A DNA stretch of 64,000 bases from assembly GCA_945889005.1 (NCBI GenBank), contig CAMDBI010000011.1, forward strand, positions 1,379 to 65,378, in the 5' to 3' direction. Each line of letters begins with the position of its first letter. The first letter of the stretch is position 1. Source of the stretch: Bacteroides fragilis (GTDB lineage Bacteria > Bacteroidota > Bacteroidia > Bacteroidales > DTGW01). Positions 27,907-39,024 of the stretch are shown one piece after another. The position numbers were made by a program, and so were the translations under genes. Below the pieces are notes generated by a model, which was given only the letters and a program-made list of their open reading frames with translations, searched no databases and had not been told where the DNA came from.

Positions 27907-29004
27907 TTATTTCTCGGAACCAAATTTCTCTTTAATCCAAGTAGGTAAAATAATGGCACCAATAATAAGATAAGGGTAATATGTTATTACGCGCCAAAGT
28001 AAAGCCATGGCAATAGCTACACCAGCCAATAACGATGGATCAACAATAATAAGATCGCTCAAATACTTGGCAAAAGCAGCTTCGGCAAGTCCACTCCCCC
28101 CAGGTGTGGGGCTTACCAACATCATAATCCAGATTACAAGCTGACGGGCAAACAATAAAACATGGTCAGGTACAATCAGAAACGCAGCCAATACAGCATT
28201 TCCCACCCAATATCGCGATGTCCACGAAAAAACAGTTGCCCCAAATGCTTTCAACCAAAAAGAAAAGGGTCTTCGTCTAAACTGTCGTGAACTTAATATT
28301 ATTTCAGTGCCACTCAAATTAGCATCTTGACGCCATTTACGGAGTATTGGCAGTTTAAAAATCAATAACAAAAGCCACTTTAATCCTCTGGGGTTAATAA
28401 AAAGTCCATAGGTTATTATAACAATATATACAAACTTTAAAGCATATCCAATAAAGGCTATTAAAAAGAATTCGTTGGCAAAACTGGCCCCATTAACATT
28501 TGTAATTGCATTGATGCCAAATAAATTGTCGCCCTGTAACAATAAAATTAACAAAGGAAATGTAATAACAAAATACAATTCGTCGAGAAAAGACGTTGTA
28601 AGCACTATAGATGCACTTCGACCCACACTAATGCCTTCTTTGGCAACAAACAAAGTGGCTATTGCAGTCCCTCCAACAGCCGATGGCGATACCGCTGAAG
28701 TAAATTCCCACAGCATTACAATACGAAATGTTTGCCGCCACGACAATTCTCCGTCGGACAATACCCTTATTCGTATCATATAACCAATATCGCGAAAAGC
28801 CATGAGCAAAAAAGCAAAAAGCAAAAAAAGTAGGGTATAATACGAAAAGTTTAAAACACTAATATCCTGGACCTTAAAATCTCGAACGATAAAGAATAAC
28901 ACAACAGCCAAGCCGATAATGATTGGAAATATTATCTTTGACGGTTTTATTGACTGAAGGAGCTTAGCTGTTTTGTCATCCATATTTTCGCAATTTGTTT
29001 TCAA
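27907..29004 (-). CDS. UPF0104 / lysylphosphatidylglycerol-synthase-TM (flippase-like) membrane protein
   Basis: 365 aa with about 8 TM helices and the C-terminal motif ..SPTPGGSGLAEAAF.. typical of this family. Confidence 0.7.
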   Translation of the reverse strand: MKTNCENMDDKTAKLLQSIKPSKIIFPIIIGLAVVLFFIVRDFKVQDISVLNFSYYTLLFLLFAFLLMAFRDIGYMIRIRVLSDGELSWRQTFRIVMLWEFTSAVSPSAVGGTAIATLFVAKEGISVGRSASIVLTTSFLDELYFVITFPLLILLLQGDNLFGINAITNVNGASFANEFFLIAFIGYALKFVYIVIITYGLFINPRGLKWLLLLIFKLPILRKWRQDANLSGTEIILSSRQFRRRPFSFWLKAFGATVFSWTSRYWVGNAVLAAFLIVPDHVLLFARQLVIWIMMLVSPTPGGSGLAEAAFAKYLSDLIIVDPSLLAGVAIAMALLWRVITYYPYLIIGAIILPTWIKEKFGSEK

Positions 29005-29064
29005 AGTTAAGCAGTTTGGTTTATTGCATGATTTAAATAGTATTAAATATATATAATTTTTTTA

Positions 29065-29952
29065 ATGAACAATCAATTCAAAGCGCACATCTCTCTTTTT
29101 GTGGCAAACTTTCTGTACGGGATCAACTATGTGATTGTAAAAAGCATTATGCCTGAGTATATTAATGCTCCCGCTCTCACATTTTTACGCAATTTTTTAT
29201 CGACCATCCTTTTTTGGATTTTTTGCATGTTTATCGAATCTAAAGTTATTGATAAAAAAGATTATCCGCGATTTTTTTGGGCTGCATTACTAGGAGTTTC
29301 ATTAAACCAATTTCTATTTGTTCAAGGTCTCGATTACACAACTCCTATGAATGCTGCTATTATTATGACCACCAATCCAATATTGGTTTTAATTGCAGCA
29401 TCTATTATGCTCCGCGAACGAATTGTAGGAATTAAAATACTTGGAATTTTGTTGGGAGCAATTGGTGCTTTGATAGCAATAATGAGCAATGGCCCAATAA
29501 ACATTGGCTCGCAAACAGCATTTGGCGATGGACTTATGTTCCTCAACTCGCTTAGTTTTGCACTATACCTAACGGTTTCGAAACCTCTCATGGGCAAATA
29601 CCATACAATGCAAGCGTTAAAATGGTTCTTTCTAATAGGTTCTTTACTATTACTACCTTTGGGAATAAAGTATGTCGATTTAAACAGCCTGTTGCACCTT
29701 CCGGCAAAAGTTTATTTGGCACTTACCTATATTATTGTAGTTACTACTTTTTTAACTTATATCATGTTTAACTTTTCGCTAAAACACCTAAACGCCTCTA
29801 CTGTTAGCATTTACTTATACATGCAACCCGTAGTAGCTGGACTCACAGCGTACTTTTTGGGTATGGAAAAAATTACCATTTTAAAGATAGTTGCTACAGT
29901 ACTTGTTTTTAGTGGTGTATATATTGTTAGTAAGTTGGGGAATAAAATCTGA
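29065..29952 (+). CDS. EamA/DMT-family transporter
   Basis: 295 aa with 10 TM helices arranged as two EamA-like halves. Confidence 0.8.
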   Translation: MNNQFKAHISLFVANFLYGINYVIVKSIMPEYINAPALTFLRNFLSTILFWIFCMFIESKVIDKKDYPRFFWAALLGVSLNQFLFVQGLDYTTPMNAAIIMTTNPILVLIAASIMLRERIVGIKILGILLGAIGALIAIMSNGPINIGSQTAFGDGLMFLNSLSFALYLTVSKPLMGKYHTMQALKWFFLIGSLLLLPLGIKYVDLNSLLHLPAKVYLALTYIIVVTTFLTYIMFNFSLKHLNASTVSIYLYMQPVVAGLTAYFLGMEKITILKIVATVLVFSGVYIVSKLGNKI

Positions 29953-29993
29953 AATGCCACATAAAAAATAATTAGAATATTTTCAAATCTATT

Positions 29994-30023
29994 TTTGTAA
30001 TATATAAAAAAGATATAAATTTG
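29994..30023 (+). promoter_or_regulatory. candidate Bacteroidota promoter (-33 TTTG / -7 TAAATTTG) for the L31 gene
   Basis: TTTG at 29994-29997 and TAAATTTG at 30016-30023 are 18 nt apart, about 45 nt upstream of the ATG. Confidence 0.4.
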
Positions 30024-30067
30024 CATCCCTGTTTAAAAAGAAAATAAGGATTCAAATAATTGAAATA

Positions 30068-30331
30068 ATGAAAAAAGATATTCATCCAAAAACATACCGA
30101 ATGGTAGCTTTCAAAGACATGTCGAACGAAGTTACATTCTTGACTCGTTCAACAGTTGCTTCAAAAGAAACCATCAAAATTGAAGGCGTAGAGTACCCAT
30201 TGATAAAGCTCGAAATTTCGAACTCATCGCACCCTTTTTACACCGGTAAGATGAAACTTATCGATACTGCTGGTCGTGTCGATAAATTCAACTCGAGGTA
30301 CAAAGAACATTTAGACAAAAGAAAAAAATAA
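30068..30331 (+). CDS. rpmE2: 50S ribosomal protein L31, type B (Cys-less)
   Basis: 87 aa, MKKDIHPK.. ..SSHPFYTGK.. ..GRVDKFN... No CxxC zinc motif is present. Confidence 0.9.
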   Translation: MKKDIHPKTYRMVAFKDMSNEVTFLTRSTVASKETIKIEGVEYPLIKLEISNSSHPFYTGKMKLIDTAGRVDKFNSRYKEHLDKRKK

Positions 30332-30350
30332 AAAATTCTTTAGTATATTT

Positions 30351-30392
30351 AACTCCGGCAATTTCAGGCAACTGACTTACCGGAGTTTTTTG
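30351..30392 (+). terminator. Rho-independent terminator after the L31 gene
   Basis: Stem AACTCCGG (30351-30358) / CCGGAGTT (30380-30387) is followed by a T-run. Confidence 0.6.
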
Positions 30393-30503
30393 TTTTAAAA
30401 CTTTTGCTTTAAGAAACCCTCATGTTTTTGCAAACACAAACTTCTAAGCAATTATTTTTCAAACATGTGCGGTTCTATCATACCTTTACATTAAAAAATA
30501 AAT

Positions 30504-31694
30504 ATGATAAATACCATTTTATTTGACGATAGCGACCGCGTAAATCTTCTTCCTCTAACATTTACAAGGCCTTCGTGTTTGTTGCGAGTTGGTATAACGA
30601 CAATAAAGGAAAAATGGGAACTCCTATTAGAAACCCCTTGCTCATTCCTAACGGAAGATTATCTGTCGAACAAATACCCTACGGAATCGGCAAATGAGAA
30701 TCTTCTTATCAATGGAGCAGTTATTCCTTCCAACCTTTTAAAAGAGGCAATTATAACCCTCAAAACCGACGAAGTGCTCACAAAAGGCGAAACCACATTG
30801 GCGGCCAAAGTGAACTCCAACGCATTTGAAGCAATAAGGACAAAAAATCTAGAGGGTTTGAAAAAGATTGAGTTTACCCAGGAGGTCGATCATATTAAAT
30901 ATCCTTGGAATATTTTTTCGCTCAATGCTAAGGTTTTAAGTTCAGACTTCACGGCTATAACAAAAGGTCGTAAATCGCAAGTAATAAGTAAAACAAACCA
31001 AATACTGGGCGCAGACAATATTTTCTTAGAAGAAGGTGCAATAGTCGAGTGCTCGATACTGAATGCAAACACCGGCAATATATATATAGGTAAAGAAGCC
31101 GAAATAATGGAAGGTTCGATTGTTAGAGGTAGCCTTGCTATGTGTGAACATTCGGCACTCAAACTGGGTACGAAAATATATGGTCCAACCACTATTGGTC
31201 CGCACTCGAAAGTTGGTGGAGAAATCAACAACTCTGTTTTAATAGGCTATAGCAACAAAGGACACGACGGATTCCTTGGCAATTCGGTTCTTGGCGAGTG
31301 GTGCAACCTTGGAGCCGATACCAACAACTCGAACCTCAAAAACAACTACGAAGAAGTAAAGGTATGGAACTATCAGAAAGAAGGTTTTATTAAAACTGGG
31401 CTTCAATTTTGTGGTTTAATAATGGGCGACCATTCGAAATGTGGCATCAATACCATGTTCAACACCGGCACTGTAGTGGGTGTTAGCGCCAATATATTTG
31501 GTGCGGGCTTCCCACGCAATTTTTTTCCATCTTTTTCGTGGGGTGGACCACAAGGTATGGAAATATATGCCATAAACAAAGCCTTTCAAACAGCCGAAAA
31601 AGTTTTCGAACGTCGTGGCATGATTTTCGACAATACAGAAAAAGAAATTTTGAAACATGTGTTTCAAATGACAGAGAAATATAGAAGATTCTAA
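30504..31694 (+). CDS. GlmU-like sugar nucleotidyltransferase / left-handed beta-helix protein
   Basis: 396 aa. A nucleotidyltransferase-like N-domain is followed by hexapeptide-repeat segments (..IGPHSKVGGEINNSVLIGYSNKGHDGFLGNSVLGEWCNLGADTN..). Confidence 0.7.
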   Translation: MINTILFDDSDRVNLLPLTFTRPSCLLRVGITTIKEKWELLLETPCSFLTEDYLSNKYPTESANENLLINGAVIPSNLLKEAIITLKTDEVLTKGETTLAAKVNSNAFEAIRTKNLEGLKKIEFTQEVDHIKYPWNIFSLNAKVLSSDFTAITKGRKSQVISKTNQILGADNIFLEEGAIVECSILNANTGNIYIGKEAEIMEGSIVRGSLAMCEHSALKLGTKIYGPTTIGPHSKVGGEINNSVLIGYSNKGHDGFLGNSVLGEWCNLGADTNNSNLKNNYEEVKVWNYQKEGFIKTGLQFCGLIMGDHSKCGINTMFNTGTVVGVSANIFGAGFPRNFFPSFSWGGPQGMEIYAINKAFQTAEKVFERRGMIFDNTEKEILKHVFQMTEKYRRF

Positions 31695-31799
31695 AATTAG
31701 TGAATAGTGGACAGTGATAAGTGGACGATAAATAGGCTACTTATCTGTCTAATTGTCATGAATAAAAACTTTTTTTGACAAAATTGTTTAAAACAAGAA

Positions 31800-34268
31800 A
31801 TGAGCAAAGAAAATAAATTTGAAATAGAACTTACAACAGACCTACACGCTACTTCACAAGCCGACGATGTAGATTTTATACCACTTTTCAACGAGGACGA
31901 CGAGGAAACGCTCAACAACGATGAGCTTCCCGACGAACTAGCGATTCTTCCTCTTAGAAATAGCGTGCTTTTCTCAGGTGTAATACTGCCCATCTCTGTT
32001 AGCCGTAAAAAAGCTATTAAACTTATACAAGATGTTAACTCCGGCAACAAAATTTTAGGTATTGTTGCCCAAAAAGATCCAAAAATTGAAGAGCCTACAT
32101 TGACCGATCTTCACAGGGTAGGTACCATAGGGCAAATTGTAAAAATATTGGAAATGCCCGATGGCAGCTCCTCAATTATTCTTCAGGGACGCAAACGCTT
32201 CCAAATAGAAGAATTTACCTCGCAAAAACCATATTTCAAGGCAAAATATAAATTACTCGAAGACATTAAGCCTCAAAAGGCCGATAAAGAATTTGAAGCC
32301 ATTGTTGGTTCGGTTAAAGACCTGTCACTTAAAATATTAGAACTTTCGACAAATATTCCACCAGAGGCATCGTTTGCCATTAAAAACATCGATAGTTCGT
32401 CGTTTCTGATCAATTTTATTAGTTCAAATAGCAATTTTGAGACCTTCGAGAAACAAAAACTACTCGAAACCAGCGAACTCAAGCAACGAGGAATGCTCTT
32501 AATGGAATTGCTTGCCAAAGAATTGAAAAAATCAGAGCTGAAATTCGATATACAATCGAAAGTTCAGTACGATATGAACCAACAGCAACGCGAATATTTC
32601 CTTCAACAGCAAATGCGAACCATACAGGATGAGCTTGGAGGAAATCCCGTAGAGCAGGAGATTGAAGAGCTCAAGAAAAAAGCAAAGAAAAAAAAGTGGA
32701 ACAAAGAAATTGCCAAAGTATTTGCCAAAGAGCTCGACAAGCTTGAACGCATGAACCCCATTACTGGCGAATATTCGCTGCAGCTTGGCTACCTACAAAC
32801 CATGATCGAGTTGCCTTGGAATATATTTACCAAAGACAACTTTGACCTTAAAAGAGCGCAAGATATATTGGATGGCGATCATTTCGGTCTCGAAAAGGTT
32901 AAAGAACGCATTATTGAGCATTTGGCAGTGCTCAAACTCAAGGGCAATATGAAGGCCCCAATAATATGCCTCTACGGCCCTCCGGGAGTTGGCAAAACAT
33001 CGCTTGGCAAATCGATAGCCAAAGCCCTGAGCCGAAAATATGTACGAATGTCGCTCGGTGGCTTGCACGACGAGGCCGAGATACGCGGGCATCGCAAAAC
33101 ATACATCGGAGCCCTTCCCGGACGCATCATTCAAAGCCTCAAACGTGTCAACAGCTCTAACCCCGTGTTTATCTTAGATGAAATTGATAAAGTTGGAAAC
33201 GATTTTAGAGGCGATCCGTCCTCGGCTCTTCTTGAAGTGCTTGATCCTGAACAAAACAGCACGTTTTACGACAACTATCTCGAAGTAGAATACGACCTCT
33301 CGAAAGTGCTATTTTTGGCAACAGCCAATAACATAGCTGCTATTCACCCTGCCTTGCGCGACCGCATGGAACTTATTGAAGTGAGTGGCTACATTATGGA
33401 AGAAAAAATCGAAATAGCCAACAAGCATCTTGTTCCAAAGCAACTTAGCGAACATGGCGTGAAAAAGAGTCAGCTAACACTTGACAAAACTGTGCTTGAA
33501 CAAATAATAGACCAATACACCCGCGAATCGGGCGTTAGAGAACTCGACCAACGAATCGCTAAGGTTGTTCGAAGCAATGCAAAAAAAATTGCAACCGAAG
33601 AAGCATACACCAAAAAGCTGAAACCCCAAGATATTATCAAAATACTGGGAGCGCCTATTTACTCGAGAGACCGCTACCAGGGCAACGAATATGCAGGAGT
33701 GGTTACAGGTTTGGCATGGACTTCGGTAGGTGGAGAAATTCTATTTGTCGAAACCAGCCTTAGCAGAGGCAAAGACAAAAAACTAACATTGACAGGCAAC
33801 CTGGGCGATGTAATGAAAGAATCGGCAGTTATTGCTCTCGAGTACCTAAAAGCCCACTGCGATCTGCTCAGTTTAAAACCTGATGTGTTTGACAATTGGA
33901 ACATTCATGTGCATGTACCCGAAGGAGCAATACCAAAAGACGGCCCTTCGGCAGGTATTACCATGGCAACATCCTTGGCATCGGCATTTACACAACGTAA
34001 GCTTCGCAACAACCTTGCTATGACAGGTGAAATTACCTTGCGCGGAAAAGTATTGCCCGTTGGTGGTATCAAAGAAAAAATATTGGCCGCTAAACGTGCC
34101 GGAATAACTGACATTATTCTATCTGACGAAAACAAAAAAGATATTGACGAAATAAACGATATTTATTTGCAAAATTTGCAATTTCACTATGTTAAAGATA
34201 TTTCGGAAGTGTTTGAAAAAGCATTGCTCAACGAAAAAGTAAAAAAAGCAATAAATATCGCCGATTAG
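31800..34268 (+). CDS. lon: ATP-dependent Lon protease
   Basis: 822 aa with a LON N-domain, AAA+ Walker [10 protein letters not shown] and the protease motif PKDGPSAGI. Confidence 0.95.
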   Translation: MSKENKFEIELTTDLHATSQADDVDFIPLFNEDDEETLNNDELPDELAILPLRNSVLFSGVILPISVSRKKAIKLIQDVNSGNKILGIVAQKDPKIEEPTLTDLHRVGTIGQIVKILEMPDGSSSIILQGRKRFQIEEFTSQKPYFKAKYKLLEDIKPQKADKEFEAIVGSVKDLSLKILELSTNIPPEASFAIKNIDSSSFLINFISSNSNFETFEKQKLLETSELKQRGMLLMELLAKELKKSELKFDIQSKVQYDMNQQQREYFLQQQMRTIQDELGGNPVEQEIEELKKKAKKKKWNKEIAKVFAKELDKLERMNPITGEYSLQLGYLQTMIELPWNIFTKDNFDLKRAQDILDGDHFGLEKVKERIIEHLAVLKLKGNMKAPIICLYGPPGVGKTSLGKSIAKALSRKYVRMSLGGLHDEAEIRGHRKTYIGALPGRIIQSLKRVNSSNPVFILDEIDKVGNDFRGDPSSALLEVLDPEQNSTFYDNYLEVEYDLSKVLFLATANNIAAIHPALRDRMELIEVSGYIMEEKIEIANKHLVPKQLSEHGVKKSQLTLDKTVLEQIIDQYTRESGVRELDQRIAKVVRSNAKKIATEEAYTKKLKPQDIIKILGAPIYSRDRYQGNEYAGVVTGLAWTSVGGEILFVETSLSRGKDKKLTLTGNLGDVMKESAVIALEYLKAHCDLLSLKPDVFDNWNIHVHVPEGAIPKDGPSAGITMATSLASAFTQRKLRNNLAMTGEITLRGKVLPVGGIKEKILAAKRAGITDIILSDENKKDIDEINDIYLQNLQFHYVKDISEVFEKALLNEKVKKAINIAD

Positions 34269-34377
34269 TCCTTTTTGAAATATATTAACCGCCTAATAAT
34301 CTGAATTCACCGATTACTCGTTTTATTCCCAACTATTCATGCACACCTTTGCGTCATAATATTAAATTAATAATAAA

Positions 34378-34917
34378 ATGAAAATGAGTATGAGCATGTT
34401 TTGGGGATTATTGTTGATCTTAATTGGATTGAGCCTCGTAATTAAAGTAGTGTTTAATATCGATTTTCCGGTATTTAAAATTGTTTTTGCCTTTTTCCTA
34501 ATTTATATGGGTATAAAAATTATTACAGGAAACTTTAATTTTCATAACTTTAAATCGGGAAACAATGATGTGGTTTTTGGCGAAAAAACATTTAAAGAGC
34601 CCTTTGTCGACGGACAAGAACTCAATGTTGTGTTTAGCAAAGGTACTGTAGATCTTAGAAATGTAATGTTGAGCGATAGTTCTCCTTTGCATTTAAAGCT
34701 CAATACCGTTTTCTCGGGAACCGAAGTTTTGCTCGATAGTACAACTCCCATTCGGATTACTACCGAAGGAGCATTTAGTGGAGTAACTTTTCCAAATGGC
34801 AATACATCGTCGTTTGGTAAAAACAACTTCGATGCAAATAGCCCCGACAGCCAGAAAGGGTATATCGATCTTTCGGCAAATGTCGTATTTGGCGGATTAC
34901 AAGTGAAACAATATTAG
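34378..34917 (+). CDS. small membrane protein with beta-rich C-terminal domain (LiaF-like?)
   Basis: 179 aa with two N-terminal TM helices. The family assignment is uncertain. Confidence 0.45.
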   Translation: MKMSMSMFWGLLLILIGLSLVIKVVFNIDFPVFKIVFAFFLIYMGIKIITGNFNFHNFKSGNNDVVFGEKTFKEPFVDGQELNVVFSKGTVDLRNVMLSDSSPLHLKLNTVFSGTEVLLDSTTPIRITTEGAFSGVTFPNGNTSSFGKNNFDANSPDSQKGYIDLSANVVFGGLQVKQY

Positions 34918-34964
34918 ACAATAGTAAATATTTGATTGATTTGCTAAATAATTTTTCGTTTAAA

Positions 34965-35438
34965 ATGGAAAAAATAGCTGTATTTCCCGGATCGTTCGAC
35001 CCATTTACAATTGGACATGAAGATATTGTTCGAAGAGCCTTACCGCTCTTCGAACGTATTTACATTGCTATTGGTACAAATTCTACAAAAGAGAGTTTTT
35101 TTAGCCTCGAACAGCGCATGACATGGATCAACGAGGTTTTTGAGAAAAATCCGAAAATTATTGTTGAAGAATACAAAGGATTGACTATCGATTTCTGCAA
35201 AAAAATTGGCGCAAAATACCTATTACGTGGACTTCGAACAGCACCCGATTTTGAATACGAGCGCGCCATTGCTCAGCTCAATAGAAGTTTGAACCCCGAG
35301 ATTGAAACTATTTTTCTGATCTCAGCACCCGAACATTCGGCAATATCTTCGTCGATTGTTCGAGAAATAATAAAACACGGTGGCGATGCTTCAAAATTTC
35401 TTGCTAATAGCCACGGTTTAAGAAGTTATAAGAAGTAG
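34965..35438 (+). CDS. coaD: phosphopantetheine adenylyltransferase
   Basis: MEKIAVFPGSFDPFTIGHEDIV.. from ATG 34965. The ORF-track start at 34932 is an upstream TTG. Confidence 0.9.
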   Translation: MEKIAVFPGSFDPFTIGHEDIVRRALPLFERIYIAIGTNSTKESFFSLEQRMTWINEVFEKNPKIIVEEYKGLTIDFCKKIGAKYLLRGLRTAPDFEYERAIAQLNRSLNPEIETIFLISAPEHSAISSSIVREIIKHGGDASKFLANSHGLRSYKK

Positions 35439-36394
35439 AGATCAAAGACTATTGAGCTTACCAACATCCAAAATAACAATTCTCCCCACCAATACCTCTT
35501 TACTGTAATAAAAAAAACAGTAAACAAGTAACATAAAGGAATACTTGTTAGATACCAAAAATCGAAATTTCCATTTTTAATAAATAACATAATTAAAAAT
35601 GTGATGAGAAAAAAAATAAGAAATAGGATGAACGATTTTCGACTTAGAATTTTCATTGTTGGAAAAACCCTTAACAATCGTTGGCTAGAAGCTAATGTAA
35701 TAAAACCTACTACCGACAAAAACACGATAAAAGCCTTTCCAAACTTAAAAACCGCCTTGCTATGCTCGAAATTGCCCAATAGATAATTGTAATAGGTGGT
35801 AAAATCTTTGTCTGTCAAGAAATAATACACCAAAATGAAAATATATGGCACTGCAAAACCGATGATGGAGTAAACCCATTCGCGCCAATAAAATGAACGT
35901 AAATTAATAATACTTGCCCAAACAAAAAGCATTATAAAAACAGCAGGAAAATAAAAAATACTCGCCATGGCTATGGCAATAGATGCGTCGAACGAATTGT
36001 ATACCAAATGCTCGATTTTATATGTCGCTATTAAGCGATCGATAGCAAGCAAAATAAATAATATTGAAATAGCTAAAGGTAAATTGGCATTATTAATGAC
36101 AGAAGTTAGCAAAAGAAATATTAAACCAGGAAAATATGTTCTTTCGGGAAAAAAAATATATTTCGTATTCAGATAATTAAGGTAAAATCCGGCTGAAACC
36201 AACACGAATAAAAATAAAAACGTGGGCCAAAAACCCAAACCCAAAGCAGTATTGAACCACAATGCAACTGGTGTAGTTGAAACAGGAAATAACACTCCCT
36301 TATGATAAAATATATTTAACCACAACAAAATTGCCACGAAAGGCAATAAAACAATAGTAAAGGTTTGTTTAGAACGGGCTATCCGGAGTAGCAT
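35426..36394 (-). CDS. polytopic membrane protein, unknown function
   Basis: 322 aa with about 9 TM helices. No motif recognised. Confidence 0.5.
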   Translation of the reverse strand: MLLRIARSKQTFTIVLLPFVAILLWLNIFYHKGVLFPVSTTPVALWFNTALGLGFWPTFLFLFVLVSAGFYLNYLNTKYIFFPERTYFPGLIFLLLTSVINNANLPLAISILFILLAIDRLIATYKIEHLVYNSFDASIAIAMASIFYFPAVFIMLFVWASIINLRSFYWREWVYSIIGFAVPYIFILVYYFLTDKDFTTYYNYLLGNFEHSKAVFKFGKAFIVFLSVVGFITLASSQRLLRVFPTMKILSRKSFILFLIFFLITFLIMLFIKNGNFDFWYLTSIPLCYLFTVFFITVKRYWWGELLFWMLVSSIVFDLYFL

Positions 36395-36553
36395 ATTTTT
36401 TTGAGGATAAATGTAAAATAAAATTTATGCTTACACAACAGTTATTTTAACTGATAATGAAACTTTTTGGACAATACTCGTTTTTTGCCATTTTAAGTTT
36501 TGTTTGTCATTCATTTTTTTCAATTATCTTAGTCATTTTAAAACAGAAATGTA

Positions 36554-37303
36554 ATGACCAAAATTATTAAGCAAATCCCCAACGCGTTCACCTTATTTAA
36601 TCTCTTTTGTGGAATATTAGCAATTGTATTTACATTGGATCAACGCACCATTATTTATAGCCCCTATTTGATTTTTTTGGGCGGTTTGTTCGATTTTCTC
36701 GATGGAATGATGGCTCGCATGTTGAAAGCTTATTCGGAAATTGGCAAACAGCTCGATTCGTTGGCCGATTTGGTTACATTTGGTGTTGCTCCAGCAATTT
36801 TAGCATTTTCTATAATGAAACTTTCATTCATTATGGACGACCCGTTAATTTTATTCAATGGATTGTCAATTCTTCAATATATCTTACTTTTTATTAGCTT
36901 GTTGATACCTGTATTTTCGGCCATTCGATTGGCAAAATTCAATATCGACGAAACACAAACCGACCATTTCAGAGGATTACCAACACCGGCAAGTGCTTTT
37001 TTAATTGCATCAATAGCATTGGCTTATTTCAATTACAATAAAAGCTTAGTTTGTATCATTGGGCAAACACCGATGCTTTTCGCTGGTATTATTCTGTTAG
37101 ATTGCATTTTAATGGTCTCAAATATCCGTATTATTTCGCTGAAATTCAAAAACCTTTCTGTCAAAGACAATTTCGACAAATATTTGCTTGTGCTTGTGGC
37201 TGCTGGGTTATTCTATTTTTTTCTATTCGAGGCCTTCGCAATCATTATACTTTTTTACATCGTGCTGTCGGTAGTTATGAATTATGTAAAAAAAGTTTCG
37301 TAA
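36554..37303 (+). CDS. pssA: CDP-diacylglycerol--serine O-phosphatidyltransferase
   Basis: 249 aa with the CDP-alcohol phosphatidyltransferase motif DFLDGMMARMLKAYSEIGKQLDSLADLVTFG. Confidence 0.85.
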   Translation: MTKIIKQIPNAFTLFNLFCGILAIVFTLDQRTIIYSPYLIFLGGLFDFLDGMMARMLKAYSEIGKQLDSLADLVTFGVAPAILAFSIMKLSFIMDDPLILFNGLSILQYILLFISLLIPVFSAIRLAKFNIDETQTDHFRGLPTPASAFLIASIALAYFNYNKSLVCIIGQTPMLFAGIILLDCILMVSNIRIISLKFKNLSVKDNFDKYLLVLVAAGLFYFFLFEAFAIIILFYIVLSVVMNYVKKVS

Positions 37304-37305
37304 GA

Positions 37306-38832
37306 TTATCGGTATAAGTACACATACCCGTTTGTTGTATATCTTTTACTATCAGTAGATTCAATATTGTTTGATGTTGGTGTTGTTCCTGTCGGTGTTT
37401 CTGTTCCAGATTTTTGGCTTCCACTGGTATTTTGACTGTCTGTACCGTTACTGCCACCTGATTTAACAAGATCTATGTTGCCCCAACCTTCGACCTCTAA
37501 AACCCAAAAATATATACCTACTGGAGCCTCGCTACCTAAACGTGTTTTCCCATCCCATCCTTTCCAACCTGAAGTAACATCGCCTTCGTAATCGTATACC
37601 TTCCACCCCCTACGATCGTAGATCGACAAATGAACCCTTCTTATCGATTCAAAATTTTCGAAATTGTAAAAGAAATAATCGTTTCCTCCTCTACCGTTAG
37701 GTGTAAAAACATTGGGGAATCCTTTATTTAATTTTTCATTATCGTCAGGGGCTTTGGGTATCTTCGAATTATTTACAATAATTTTTGCACTATATGTATC
37801 TGTACACCCCGAAGAACTTTCGGAAGTAAGCTTCACCGTGTAGGTATAGGGAATGTGATAGCGATACTCAAGCACACCAGTAGTGTCGGTTCGGGTATAC
37901 TTGATCGAATCTTTATTTTCCTTGAATAAAGTATCGGCTAGTGTCCAGTAAAATTTTGCGCCATTTTTCGATTCATTTTTGAAACGAGCTGTCAATACTG
38001 CCTCGCCAGAGGAGTCGCTCTTTTCAACCCATTTATCATCTACAAAGGCGTATTTCAATGTTTTTAATTTCAATTTGGCTTCTGTACGAACGGGTTTGTA
38101 AAGCGCAGTATCGTAACGTTTGGTTCCAAATAAATCTTCAACTGAAATAAAATATTTGGTGTCGACAAAAGGAGGTTTTGTATCGTTTACTATCAGAGTC
38201 TTGCCATCGTTTGGCAAGGTATATGATGGATCTGAAGTCCATTTTACAGTTCGCATCTTGTATTTAAGCAGAAATTCTTTTTTACTTACAGGATCGTAAT
38301 AATAAAAAGTATCTGTTGCTATGGCATACAACTCAAGTGCTTCGCAGGTATTCTGTAAGCCTTTTATATAACCGTCTGCACCTTTGAAAACCTTAAAATA
38401 AAATGAATCATTGTTGATATAAACCCAAGCATGAAAAGTCATTTTAATTAAAGAATCTTTAGATGTTTTTAATGTATCTTTTTGAATGATTACACGATAG
38501 CCACCAGGCCCTAAATTATCGATACGCGACGTACTATCGGCAAGTATGCTGGTTAAAGAATCGGAAAAAGCCTTTTTTTCCACATTGTACTGCCACCAAG
38601 TAAAACGCCAACCTTTAACCGAATCATTTACATACGCAGTAAGAGAACCAATGGTGTCGAGTTTTGATTTCGTTGACTTAAAGCCAAAAATAGTATCGTT
38701 CCCCTGTTTAACCCTATATTCTGCAACAAAACTCGAGTGATCGATTTCGCATTTAATCTGCGCCTGTAAACCCAATGATACACTTAATAGTGTAAAAAAT
38801 AGTATGTGAATAAAAAAATTTTTTAATATCAT
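37306..38832 (-). CDS. secreted protein with T9SS type-B (gliding-motility-associated) C-terminal sorting domain
   Basis: 508 aa with a signal peptide and the C-terminal ..FPNVFTPNGRGGNDYFF.. ..IYDRRGWKVY.. ..GIYFWVLEV.. ..NGYVYLYR pattern of the type-B CTD. Confidence 0.7.
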   Translation of the reverse strand: MILKNFFIHILFFTLLSVSLGLQAQIKCEIDHSSFVAEYRVKQGNDTIFGFKSTKSKLDTIGSLTAYVNDSVKGWRFTWWQYNVEKKAFSDSLTSILADSTSRIDNLGPGGYRVIIQKDTLKTSKDSLIKMTFHAWVYINNDSFYFKVFKGADGYIKGLQNTCEALELYAIATDTFYYYDPVSKKEFLLKYKMRTVKWTSDPSYTLPNDGKTLIVNDTKPPFVDTKYFISVEDLFGTKRYDTALYKPVRTEAKLKLKTLKYAFVDDKWVEKSDSSGEAVLTARFKNESKNGAKFYWTLADTLFKENKDSIKYTRTDTTGVLEYRYHIPYTYTVKLTSESSSGCTDTYSAKIIVNNSKIPKAPDDNEKLNKGFPNVFTPNGRGGNDYFFYNFENFESIRRVHLSIYDRRGWKVYDYEGDVTSGWKGWDGKTRLGSEAPVGIYFWVLEVEGWGNIDLVKSGGSNGTDSQNTSGSQKSGTETPTGTTPTSNNIESTDSKRYTTNGYVYLYR

Positions 38833-39024
38833 AACATGAATGTTCGCACAATATAACTCAACAAATCACCTGTTTATTGTATTTAGAAGTGCAATATTAT
38901 GAAAAAAAGCGCAAAGCGGCAAACAGAAAAATTGTTAATAAAAAAAGTAAATTTGGCGTATGTGAATATTAAACAATGACGTAAAACAAAGTATTTTTGG
39001 ATTTTTTATAAAAGAAATAAGATT

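Noticed and set aside
31697-32050. 117-aa Ser-rich minus-strand ORF
   Set aside because: It is antisense to the start of lon. The low-complexity Ser/Leu run is the mirror of the acidic Lon N-terminus.
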